Both the position numbers and the translations under genes were made by a program. From NCBI GenBank assembly GCA_951406725.2, contig OX597821.1:40486001-40550000 (forward strand): a stretch of 64,000 bases of DNA. Direction: 5' to 3'. The notes under the pieces were generated by a model. It saw nothing but the letters and a program-made list of their open reading frames with translations, was not told the DNA's origin and searched no databases. Positions 52,313-64,000 of the stretch are shown here, piece after piece. The DNA is from Octopus vulgaris. Taxonomy: Eukaryota. Within the stretch, counting starts at the first letter, position 1. Each line of letters begins with the position of its first letter.

Positions 52313-54324
52313 CACACAAATGTGCACACATATGGTGGGCTTCATTTAGTTTCCATCTTCTGAATCACAAGGCTTTGGTCAACCTGCAGTTATAGTAGAA
52401 GACACTTACCTGAGGTGCCATGCAGTAGGACTGAACCCAGAACCATGTGATTATGAAGGAAACTTCTTACCTCGTAGCCTTGTATGCACACACATGTATG
52501 CACACATACACATACACATAACTCACAGACACACACATATACATACGCTCGCACATATTTACAAACATGCATATATATATATATATATATGCACACACAC
52601 AAGTACATACATGTATACATGTGTATTTGTGCATGTGTGTGTGTGTGTACATATATGCATGTATGTATGTACATACATATCTATATATGTGTACGAAATG
52701 GTTATGGAGATGGCTATATACTTCTGATGTATTTATTGATAGAGTTGAGATTAAATTTCTATTCATGTTTCTGATTTTCTAGCCGTAGCCACAAACACAT
52801 TCTCCTCTGTTCAAATAAAAACATGTATTTCAGTCAAATTGAATGTACTCAATAGTTTTATCTATAGTTAGCAAAAATCTGTGATTTCTTGAAGTCTTAT
52901 GTTTGAAATATATATGGGTAAAAATCTGTTTTGATCAATAGAATTCCAGATATGTTTTAATCTATATTTAGAAATTGGATTTTTGAAGAATTTTATATTT
53001 GAAAGAAGTCTATATTTAGAAGAAAATCTCTTTTTAAGAACTTCACGCTTAAATGAAATCTCTGTTTATATTTAGAAGTCTATGTTTTGTCAAAGATTGC
53101 GTTCAGGATTTTGTTGTTTCAGATAAATCTTGTGTTTGGTATTCTTTGTTTAAGAAAATCTCTGTTCACTTGTTTTCTTCTCAATGAAGTCTATATCTTG
53201 TAAATGCTTATATATCAAAATATATTTAGTTTTGCAAAAATCTTAATGTTATTCAACAAAGAAAAAGAAAAAAATATTATGAAAGAACAGAAAATATAAG
53301 AATGGAGTAGAAATTGTAAGTTTTATCTAAGATTCTTGAGAAATCTCTGTATCTCAAAAATTTGACCAAAAAAAGAAAACGATTTTATACAAAATACATT
53401 GGAAAAATAAAGAAATTAGAATTTGTAACTCAGTTCTCATTGGGTAGCAAAGATGTCAAAAGTAATGGTATTTATTGTGGAAGTTATTTTTAATAATTAT
53501 AAATTCATATTTTATACAAGAGGAAAACAATATATAAACATAGAAGGTTAAGTATTGCACCCTGGAACAAAATAAAGATCATCCACTCTGTATTAGGCTT
53601 AACATTCGAAATGAAAAACATAAATAGCAAAGAAAAGCAATATCTATGTTAGATGGCTGAGTATGTTTATGATAAAGGGGAAAAGTTTGTGAAAAGAGTG
53701 ATGAGTGTTTATAAAATCATGGTTAAGTTTATTAACATCGATTCAAAGGCAGTTGTTTTTCAACAGTTAAAATGCAAGGATGTTTAATGTAAATTATCAT
53801 GATTTTACATGTTAAGTACATTTTATTTAACTTTCCATTTGATCTAATTCATGTAGAAATTTAATATAGCAGTAGAGACCGATCCTAAGATTAAAGGCTT
53901 GTCATAAATGTATCTGTTGAAGTTGTTTAATTTATCGTTTGAAGAATTTTGGATCTTTTATCCAAAGATTTATAGTCGTTAGTCTTTGGTTCACACAAGA
54001 TTTTGATGTTATTTAGTTAAAAATTTAGGATTGAATGAAGGATTAAACATAAAATAGAAATGAAAGAAAAAAAACATTTAAAATAAAACAAAAACTGAAT
54101 GGCATGTATTCCAGACAAGTGTGTGATTTTCTGGTTGTTTACAAATGAAGAAAGCTGAAAATTATATCAGGCATGGCAGTGTGGTTAAGAAATTTGCATC
54201 TCAACCACATCGCTTCAGGTTCGATCTCCCTGTGTCACCCATGGCTGGCCAAAGCCTAGTGAGTCAATTTGGTTGAGGGAAACTGAAAGAAGCCTATTAT
54301 GCATTCATGCACACACATATATTG

Positions 54325-54355
<31 letters not shown>

Positions 54356-54629
54356 TAATTCAGGCAGATTTTTCTATTGCTGAATGCCATTCCTGTTGCC
54401 AACTCTCATCTTTTTCCAAGCAATTTTGTGAAATGGAAATCTTTGATCAACTTAAATCATCCAAAGGTTTAATAGGCAAAATCTCTCATTAGGAGTATTT
54501 GAAATAACAAAAAAAAAACGCAATAACAGAAACAAATAACTGTAACAACTTCAGTTGATCAGAACTTCTGGGAAAATACATACAATGCAGATTGCAATGA
54601 ATTTTGTTGTTAGAGTCAACCAATGAAAG

Positions 54630-54670
54630 CAACAGATATGTTTCAATGCTATTAGACCTCATCAGTGAAG
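54630..54670 (-). ncRNA. Minimal hammerhead-like motif related to the 4.9-5.6 kb array
   Basis: TTCA-CTGATGA-GGTCTAATAGCATT-GAAA-CATA-TC-TG: intact boxes, weak stem II. Confidence 0.45.
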
Positions 54671-55757
54671 CATATTTTACTCAGTAAGACAAGAGGAATA
54701 AGTAGACATGAAAATAGAGAGGATAGAGGGAATAACTATGGATAGCCCCAAAGCAGCTGAGAAGTAACTCAGAAGACTAGTCTGTATATCTAATACAAAC
54801 ATAGTATGTTATACTTTGCAGATGATTGAGAATGCTGTCAATATTGCTTCTAATTTCAGCAGATAGCCAACAATTTTGAATGGAGGAAGTTAGTTGATAC
54901 CATTGACCTAAGTACTTTAGTAGTACTTTATTTTATCAACCTTGAACGGATGAAAAGCAAGGCTGACATCAGATAGATTTGAACACAGAACGTGAAGTCT
55001 CATAACAAACTCTTTATATTCTTAGACCAAATCTTAGCAAATGATATCAATATTGATAAGAATAAGACTATTCTTGGTCTTATATTACATACCATTTTCA
55101 AATATATATTTCTCGCAATCCAAGAACAAGAGATATTTCCAAAATACCTTTTGAAGAAATGAAACTATGATGCTTTTAAATCTGTGATGAGTGGCAGCTG
55201 CTTCAAAATGTCATTATTTTGTTGATAAAACAATATTCAGTGCTAGCACCAAAATGAACTGCCCTGGGACAATTATTAAAGATATTTCATATGATGAGTA
55301 GATTCATAAATTTTAAGCAAAAGAATTATTGGTGAAACAGCATAGTCAAATCTATCGCCAGTTTTGATAGAAATGTCCTGCCAATCATCTTATTTTGATT
55401 GATCCATTTATTTTACTTCTGTGAGGGCGAGAAAACCAATTCCATATTTTGTTGCTTTGTAACAATAATAATTTATCAATACACACACACTAAATGACAT
55501 CAACCTGGAAGTAAAGGGAAAACTGTTAAAAGCAGAAAATTTTTGCCATAAACATTCTAGTTTATATATTTTGAATTTAAAACTGGGCTAATAATATATT
55601 CCCCTTGTTTTGTGTGTGAATGTTGTTGATCTGATTTGGATGTTGTTTATTTAGTTTACATATAAATCCATGGTGGATAAAGATAAGAGAGGGCAATGGG
55701 GGTGAATATACACATATACACCCACACACACACATTTATATTCATACATACAAGCAT

Positions 55758-55813
<56 letters not shown>

Positions 55814-55932
55814 GTATTTACATCAAGCAAATAAAACTAGAGACAAACATTAATATACTGTTCATTTCTGCTGACATCACCAACAGAATGCAGTTATTAG
55901 TAATGCTTCTCCATTGTTATTGCATGAGACAC

Positions 55933-55964
<32 letters not shown>

Positions 55965-56214
55965 AGTATGTGTGTGTGAGTATGCGTGTGTGAGGGGGTA
56001 CATGTGACAGAGACAAGATTAGAAGAAATAAAAAAAACCAAGCACACACACATACACACATGCACAATCACATACATGCACATACACACACGCATGCACA
56101 CACACACACATACACACACATTCTACATCCATCATTCTAATCTTGACATTTTGATGATAGGTGTCAGACAATCTTTAAACATAGCTATGACATAAACACA
56201 TCTATTTATAACAC

Positions 56215-56433
<219 letters not shown>

Positions 56434-58380
56434 ACCAATCTATCTGTATATCTGTCTGTTTCTCTATACTTATATATATATATATATATATATTACTATA
56501 TCCAATTTAATCTGATGCTCTTTAACAGAAAACCACTTCAAGTTTAGTGAATCCTGTTTTTTTGGCAGGTCCAGTTGTGACAGCTTCAGTTGATTTTTTT
56601 TCTCCCTCCAAGTGAATATCTCTTCTAATGACAGCAATTTTACTACAAAGTTTTTATAGTGTTATGTTCCATCTTGGAAAGCTGTGAATTACTGCTTAAC
56701 TTGCTGTACATGATAGTATTTTTATGATTTATAATAAATCTATTTCTTCTTTCCAGAATGAAATTAAAAGTAGAATAAATCTAGTTTCTTACAATCATTA
56801 TTGAGGCAAGCATTCTCAATCGTCTTTTCTGGTGTATGTCAACATCTCACCTATCATTCGTTATATTCCCCAAACCAGAAACATTATGACATGTAGAATA
56901 ATGTGCTTTGCATAGAGGCATCTTTATGTTTCACAATACATTTGCCTCACTGTATTTTCTCGTTAAAGAGTCTGTTATTCTTTGCCAAAAACTGTTTTGT
57001 ATCTAACTGACCAGCATTAAATGCCAACTGATTTTCCTTTGGTAAATAACCTCTGACACATGATTGATGCTGCAGAGTTACATTTTGTGAGTTTGAGGTC
57101 TGAAACTTGCTACAAGTGCTGTTGTCTGCCTCAAAAAGATGGAAATTACTGCTGTCTCTTAGGAAGTATAGATATGAAGAAAAATAATAAAGTAGCGTAA
57201 GGAATGAGAGAAGAGAGGACGAGAAGCAAAGAAACTAGAACAAAAGCCACCTTAACCTGTGAGATCTCTTCAATAATTATAGAATAACCTTTTACTGAGG
57301 GTAAGACACAGAATATAAAACTAGAAACACACAAATGTGAGTCAGGCTAGCATTTGAATGGTTTCACAAAACATGTTTGAGACAAACATCATCCATCAAA
57401 TTCTTGCAATTTATCTCATAAAATATTCATTTTCTTTCACAACTTACTATTTCACTGTATTTTCTTGATTCAAGACTTTTACATGCTCTTCTTCCTTTTC
57501 CTCTTCTTTTTTTATTTTACCATTCTGATTTATTTCTGCTCAACTGAAATCTGTATTTATATATTCATTTTGTCAAGCATCTTTTACATTTTATTTACTT
57601 TTCCAGCTTCAGGTTATATAAGTTATAAAAGCATTTTTCCATTGCTGAACTCATACACTCTACCTTACTGTTTTCCAACCAGAAAATGTTGGCAGTTTAT
57701 AATAAAAGACCACTTTCTGCTAGAGTACTTAGTTGCTTCCTTTTGACCAAAGTTGTTACTTAATGCAGACTTGCAGAAAATCTAACCCTAACCCATAACA
57801 AATTCATCCCCCCTCCCTGCTTCCACAACACATTTGCTGAAAATCTGCACTGAAAATGTTTTTCATTTTCTCTTTTTATTTATAGGAAAAGAAAAAAAAT
57901 TAGTTATGATATTAAATCTTTCCTAGAGCAGTTTACCAAAATGTTCAACAGTTTTAAAGTATGCCATTCAATATTTCTTTCAAGTAATACTCTACCTAGC
58001 TAAGTGCGCTAAAACGTCTCTTTACTGGTTTTTAATTCTAAACCAAAATGGCACAATTTCCTAAGAAATATTTCCACAACTTAGGAATGTGGTAATTTCA
58101 ATGAAACGCTGTTAATCGGTCTGCATGACAATTTAATGGTGAATGGTACAACTGATTAAGAAAGTAAGCATCTTATAACAGAAGATAAATTCTTTGCAAG
58201 TTAAAACAGCATTTCAGTTTCAATTCTTAGTCATGGCTATTTTACTCCTGGTGCAGCTTCTCTCACTTGAAGTTATATTGCAAAGAATGGTCATCCTTAT
58301 AAATCTTATTATTTCTCAAAGATTTTCAAAAATGAGAAGCAATTATTGATGCTAATTGTCACATATGAATGATGTAGACA

Positions 58381-58595
58381 TATTGGCTTCAGGTTTTGGC
58401 ACCAGGCCAGGAATTATGAGATAGATGGTGTAAGTAGATTACATTGACCTCAGTACTCAACCAGTATTTATTTTATTGACTCTGATTGGGTGAAAGTCAA
58501 AACCAACCTTGGCAGAATTTGAACTCAGAATGTAAAGAGAGACAAAATGCTACTTAGAATTTTGCCCAGCACCGTACCGATTCCGCCAGCTCACA
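58381..58595 (-). mobile_element. SINE family B (diverged)
   Basis: Homologous to 29245-29462. Confidence 0.7.
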
Positions 58596-58862
58596 ACATT
58601 ATAATGTAGATAGATGAACAATTGATTGATTGAATAACAAAAATGCACAAATGTTTGATTTCTGAGCTAATGGTTATTCTTTTACTCTTTTAATCGTTTC
58701 AGCCATGCAGCTGTGATCATGCTGGAGCACCACCATGATTTATATATTTATTTGGTAGAGATATTTATATGATTGAAATCCTTAGTATGTTTTGTTTTTC
58801 TTTTTAACTTTTTTGCTGTTTCTTTCTTTCTTTTTTTTGTTATGGCTTTGTCTGCTCGAAAG

Positions 58863-58925
58863 AGCTGCATATGTGGACTTAGCAGACATCCTAAGCCATG
58901 CAAATCAAATGAAAACACTGGAAGG
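58863..58925 (+). CDS. Candidate 63-nt symmetric (phase 2-2) internal exon: AAYVDLADILSHANQMKTLEG
   Basis: Long pyrimidine tract 58788-58855, AAG| acceptor, strong GG|GTAAGA donor, open frame and length divisible by 3. Confidence 0.45.
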
Positions 58926-59484
58926 GTAAGAAATTGAACAAAGGAGAACCACTAAGATATTTATCAACATAAATAAATACTGTGTGTTTTAAGAATTATT
59001 CACTGTGAAATGAAGATGTGTTACTTAACAGATTAATTTTGTTGTAATTAGTGATGGACAAGAAAGTGATATTAATTCTTTACACCATAAAAAGAGAAAG
59101 ATGATAATTGGACCTTTATATCTTACCCAAATTTTCTAGTCTCAAACGAGAATGGAAATGACTTCTCGTTCTACAGACTTCTTGTGGTGGATGGTTTTCT
59201 TTTTTATAGAGTACATTTTTTTTACAAATTGGGTCTTCTATTTAAAAGCTTTCAAATAAAAAATTTGAGGCACCAATTTTCAGATGATCTTCATATTCTC
59301 TTTATAAATATTTTCTGGCAATGAAGATCTTTAGTAATTATATTTGTGGAACAAGGAAAAAACTAAAATATATTACTCAACTTGAATTGGTATTAAGAAA
59401 GTTGTGGTGGAGGCCATGGTTCCATAAAAGATATGGTTGTTAACTTAGTATGATGGCAAGTCATATGATGTGATATAATCTTTT

Positions 59485-59877
59485 CTACTATAGGCGCAAG
59501 GCGTGAAATTTGTTGGGAGGGGACTAGTTAATGACATTGACCCCAGTGTTTCACTGGTACTTAATTTATCGTCCCTAAAAGGATGAAAGACAAAGTCAAC
59601 CTCAGCGGAATTTGAACTCAGAACATAGCAATGGGCAAAATACCTATTTCTTTACTACCCACAAGGGGCTAAACACAGAGGGGACAAACAAGGACAGACA
59701 AACGGATTAAGTCGATTACATCGACCCCAGTGAGTAACTGGTACTTAATTTATCGACCCCGAAAGGATGAAAGGCAAAGTCGACCTCGGCGGAATTTGAA
59801 CTCTGAATGCAGCGGTGGATGAAATACTGCAAAGCATTTCGCCCGGCGTGCTAATGTTTCTGCCAGCTTGCCGCCTT
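59485..59877 (-). mobile_element. SINE family B dimer or nested pair
   Basis: Head GGCGGCAAGCTGGCAGAAAC at 59875 and young body and tail to ~59645, then a second, older body with a different tail to ~59485. Confidence 0.88.
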
Positions 59878-60728
59878 ACACATGACTGGATATAATGGTA
59901 AGTAACTCAGTATTCAGGTTCCTCTAGAGTGGTAGTAACAGTAGTTGAAATACATCACTTTTAATTATCAACCATAATTTTTATACTTCTTTATCTCTAT
60001 AATTACTTACCCTAATTAGTATAAATTTGAGGCTCCATACTTCTGTGAAATACCATTACTTATTAGGCTATATATTTATCCTAATTAACTGATTATATGG
60101 GATTGATTTCCGAAACAAATCACATCTATTAACTGTGATTCCACTACAAAGTATTGCAATAATCTGTTCTTGTATTTCTATGGGAGAATTAATATTATTT
60201 TAGATCACACTTTGCAAACAGTAATGTCATTAGTCACAGGTATTTGATAGATCAATCACTTATTTCTTACATTTCTGATGGTGAAACAGATAAAACAGTG
60301 TCTGTGTAACTTGGGGCAGAATATGTCTCAACAGGAGACTCTGTCCAAAAAAATATCATAGGAGGAGAGGATTCTTCTCAATGGTTTCAACTATTATTAA
60401 TATACATCAGTCAAAGATATACACACACACACATGTACTATATATATATAGGCATATAGTTTGATTGCCTCGTTGTTTATATATTTAACCCAAGGTGTAC
60501 CTGTTGAGGATGATTTCACCTCATGAGCAAATATTATTTGCTTCCTAAACTAAAATCAGAAACCAATTGGTCCAGGAAACTAGATGGTAAAATGTTTTCA
60601 TTTTTCATTTTGTTCCTGTCGAATTTTATCCCAAATTTTTGTGGTTATAGAACCTGGCTGTTCTTTCTAGCATGCTGAATTCCACGAGTGGATTCCTTAT
60701 GTGTTTAAATGTACACTATATATTATAG

Positions 60729-60780
<52 letters not shown>

Positions 60781-61547
60781 TTAAGATTCAGTTGAATTAG
60801 GTACTTAAATTGAGGCACCATGGTATAATGTTGGTATAATCTGCACACCCAAACAATATTAATTGAATAAAAGTCTTAATATATTTTCTTATATATTAAA
60901 GCATACCATTATTAGGTTTTAAATTTAATTTCTATCCTTCTTCTATATATTGATTTAAATTTTCTCGTTTTAATATTATAAATTTTCTAAATTATATTTC
61001 ACTATCTCACTTATCTTTTGATTCTAGATTCCACCTCTAAAGTTTATATTACTTATCCCTTTGGCTTTTCATTAATATGATAACCAAAATAAGTTTTAGC
61101 CATCCCTATCCTTCTTTCTTCCAATTACCACCCCTTCCCCATCAGGCAATCCCTTACTACTAACCCTACACCCTATCCTTTTGTGTAGATGAAGCTAGAT
61201 ATATGGTTCCAGGACATTGAGAGTCTAGTAGATTGACTGACGTTAATTGATTTGTCACCATTAACTAAAATACAGTTGACAACTCTCAATGGATTTCATT
61301 CTAAATCCTTGAAGACTACATTTTACCTAAAGTCTTCTAAGTGTAAGTAATCAAGTCACCACCCTTCTTATCCAGACCACCCCACTATTTCCTCTGCTAC
61401 TCTCTAAATTATTGTAGACTTGGCAAGATATGCGTTATTTTCTAAGTTCATTCTGCCACAGATATGACAAAAGAAACACTGTAAATATTTTGATTTCCAT
61501 TATTGATGTGAATATATTAAGGAAATGGTTGAGTACTTTATGTCTGA

Positions 61548-61628
61548 AGTCTGATGAGAACGGTTTCTTTCAAATGATGTAATGTTTTCATTAATCAATT
61601 AAAGGAGTTGCTTGAAACAGCCATAATG
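61548..61628 (+). ncRNA. Decayed long-stem-II hammerhead-like motif
   Basis: CTGATGA-GAACGGTTTCTTT...AAAGGAGTTGCTT-GAAA-CAGCCA-TA: 12 of 13 stem II positions pair (many G-U); stems I and III are damaged. Confidence 0.45.
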
Positions 61629-61687
61629 AATTGACACCTGTACATCTTCGTCACTCATATATATATATATATATATATATAAATATA

Positions 61688-62050
61688 CGAGAGTGAGAGA
61701 GTGAGTCAGAAAGTAATGCCATTTTGTTTGGGACAGGTATAATTACCAACACAGGAAATGTATTATGCATCAAAATGAAGCTGGTCCTCTGTGGATCACA
61801 TCCCTACTTCTCAACATAGTCACTGTTACTCTCAATAACAATGTTCTACCTTCGAATGAGAGCATGTATCCCTGCCCCGTAAAATTCTGTTGACTGTTCT
61901 TTGAGCCACTTCTTCACTACAGTTTTCACTTCCTCGTCACTGGAATAATGTTTGCCTCTCAAACCCTCTTTCATGGGGTCGAAGAGATGATAGTCTAGAG
62001 ATGATGATAGTCCAGTGACAAGGAAGTGAAAACTTTTTGACTCACCCTTG
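61688..62050 (-). mobile_element. Internally deleted mariner DNA transposon
   Basis: TA-flanked TIRs (CGAGAGTGAG..TCAGAAAGT / ACTTTTTGACTCACCCTTG). 61980-61804 encodes PMKEGLRGKHYSSDEEVKTVVKKWLKEQSTEFYGAGIHALIRR*NIVIESNSDYVEK*, the mariner transposase C-terminus. Confidence 0.9.
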
Positions 62051-63204
62051 TATCATCATCATCATCATCATCATCATCATTTAACATCCATTTTCCACAC
62101 AGGCATGAGGTGGATAGTTTGGCAGGAATGAGTGAAACAGAAGACGGTGCCAAGCTACATCTGCTTTGGCATGGTTTCTACCACTAGATGCCCTTCTTAA
62201 TGCCACTACATGCATGCACACACATATACATACATAGATACATAGATACACATGTGCACACAGACACACAAACACACACACACAGGCATATGTGTGTATG
62301 TATGTGCGTGTGTGAGCATGTGTGTACTGGCTGTAAACAAACAACAGACTCACAGTCAATACAATCAGGGTTGTATGTGTCCATTTCACTGAGCAACCAT
62401 ATCCAAGCTGTTCATTACTCAGTGGACCATGGCACTATTATATGATGCCTGGAATTGGCAACAGGAAGGCCATACAATATCAACCTCAATGAATTGCATC
62501 GGATTTATGCAAGCGTGGAGAAGTGGACATTAAAATGAGGATGATGATGATGTCTGTGCAATCATGCATGTGTGCATGTGTGTAATTACAAGTGTAAACC
62601 ACAACTCAACTTGAGACTGCTGAAGGTACACACTGTAGAATCCCACCCAGAATGTTGTAGTTGTGATGTAAACTTCCTAAGCACAGAGCCGTGACCTCCT
62701 GAAGACTTGAAGGCTGGCATATATTTGGGGATAAATGCATAGAAGTTCTGGAGCTGATGTCTTTCTGAAATTCCTATTAGTGCAATGAAGTAAAATTGGT
62801 GTCAACCAGGACTAAAAATAATTCTTGGAGTTAATGCAAAAACACTTTCCTTTGTTCTACAATGTTTGAATAGATAAATGATATGAAAAAATGGTGCTAG
62901 GATTATGAATAACAAAATATTCATGAATATTGATGAAAATGTTTCTATGATCTTAAATAAGCAAATGGGTTGTGTAGGTTAAAACTAGCCTTGCATCTCA
63001 TTATGTGTCTTTAGACTAGATATGCTAACTTGGTTTAACTTTACCCAGTTGAGTTGGGAGCAGAAGTCAAGGGGACTGAGAATAAATGTCTTGCAAAGAA
63101 CAAACAAGACTTGATTTTTTGATTTTGATTTTTTTTTTTTTTTTTTTTTTTTTTTAGTTTCAGCTCATGAGCTGTGGCCACTTCTTGTGTTCTTTTTTTT
63201 ATTT

Positions 63205-63430
63205 TTTTGAACATTTGTAGAATCCATCTCCCCATTCTTCTGCATGATTTTCTTATTTTAGTGACATGGGTAATGGAAGATGCATTATTGCTCATTACAA
63301 TTTCTCAGGTCCCACGTATTATCTGATAATGGTATTATTGTTCCATCTGTCCCAGTTGTGTTCTTGTTGATAGAACTCTTGAAATTTACTTTGGTCGGAC
63401 TTTATGTTGCTTTCTTCAACCCATTATGTT
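63205..63430 (-). mobile_element. CR1/L2-group LINE RT relic
   Basis: Frameshifted WVEESNIKSDQSKFQ, DGTIIPLSDNTWDL and IVMSNNASSITHVTKIRKSCRRMGRWILQMFK (cf. W..NNM.FN..KF / DLG..MS...F..HI......GWILRTF). Confidence 0.75.
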
Positions 63431-63663
63431 TCTTCTGTAGGCTTTCAGTATACTTGGGGGTCATTCCTTGCTTCCAATATCCTTATATCAGTGTCATGGT
63501 TCATTAGAATGGCTGTGCTTGCAATCAAGGGTTAATTTGATAATTCTCTTATAGACAGTAATGACCCCAAGACATCTGTTGTTGACCCCTGCTCTGAGTA
63601 GTTGAATCTACACAGAGTGCTGTTGGCTGAAATAAGATGATTTCTATCTTTCAAGACATCATA

Positions 63664-63703
<40 letters not shown>

Positions 63704-64000
63704 GTTTTTGCCCACCACAATGTGGTCACAAAGTCTTTGGTATATTATTCTACAATCAACTTTGTCAAAAATCTTAGCAAAGTCTTCATGCAACATTTCA
63801 TTCATTGACAAAACATCCCAGGGCTGAGTCATATTGGCACATAAGTGTGAGGCAGTTTTTGCCTGAGTGCAAACCATGTTTGATAAATATGCACATGCAC
63901 ACATAAATATACACACACATATACATACATGCATGCAAACAAGCATGCATGCAGGTTGCTTGGGCTAAATTTGACAGTTTGCATAAAAAAAGAAAGCACA

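Noticed and set aside
53690-53800. Second Penelope-like RT relic (KHPCILTVEKQLPL..DV)
   Set aside because: It is a single short degenerate motif, insufficient without a database search.
57782-57794. Interstitial telomeric repeat (CTAACC)2
   Set aside because: Only two units; expected by chance.

Overview
AT-rich, microsatellite-dense animal genomic DNA that is intronic or intergenic in character. From recall, the repeat families look like those of an octopus or other coleoid cephalopod; this was not checked. No complete host gene is visible, and almost all ORFs in the supplied track are artefacts of simple repeats or SINEs. The window is a mosaic of interspersed repeats: at least three tRNA-headed SINE families, a (GAT)n-tailed element with a variable internal tandem repeat, RTE, CR1 and Ty3/Gypsy retroelement relics, a decayed Penelope-like element (RT plus GIY-YIG), an internally deleted mariner, Tc1/mariner-type and piggyBac-type MITEs, and a complete ~300 bp non-autonomous Helitron. 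There are a few isolated candidate exons, the best being a 63-nt symmetric exon at 58863-58925 (+). The most notable unannotated signal is about a dozen type I hammerhead-ribozyme (HHR)-like loci from several sequence families. They include a 4 x ~183 bp retrozyme-like tandem array, a U4C core variant inside a near-perfect 62-bp inverted repeat, a recurrent A6U-type core variant and long-stem-II forms. All structures were folded by eye and no activity is shown.
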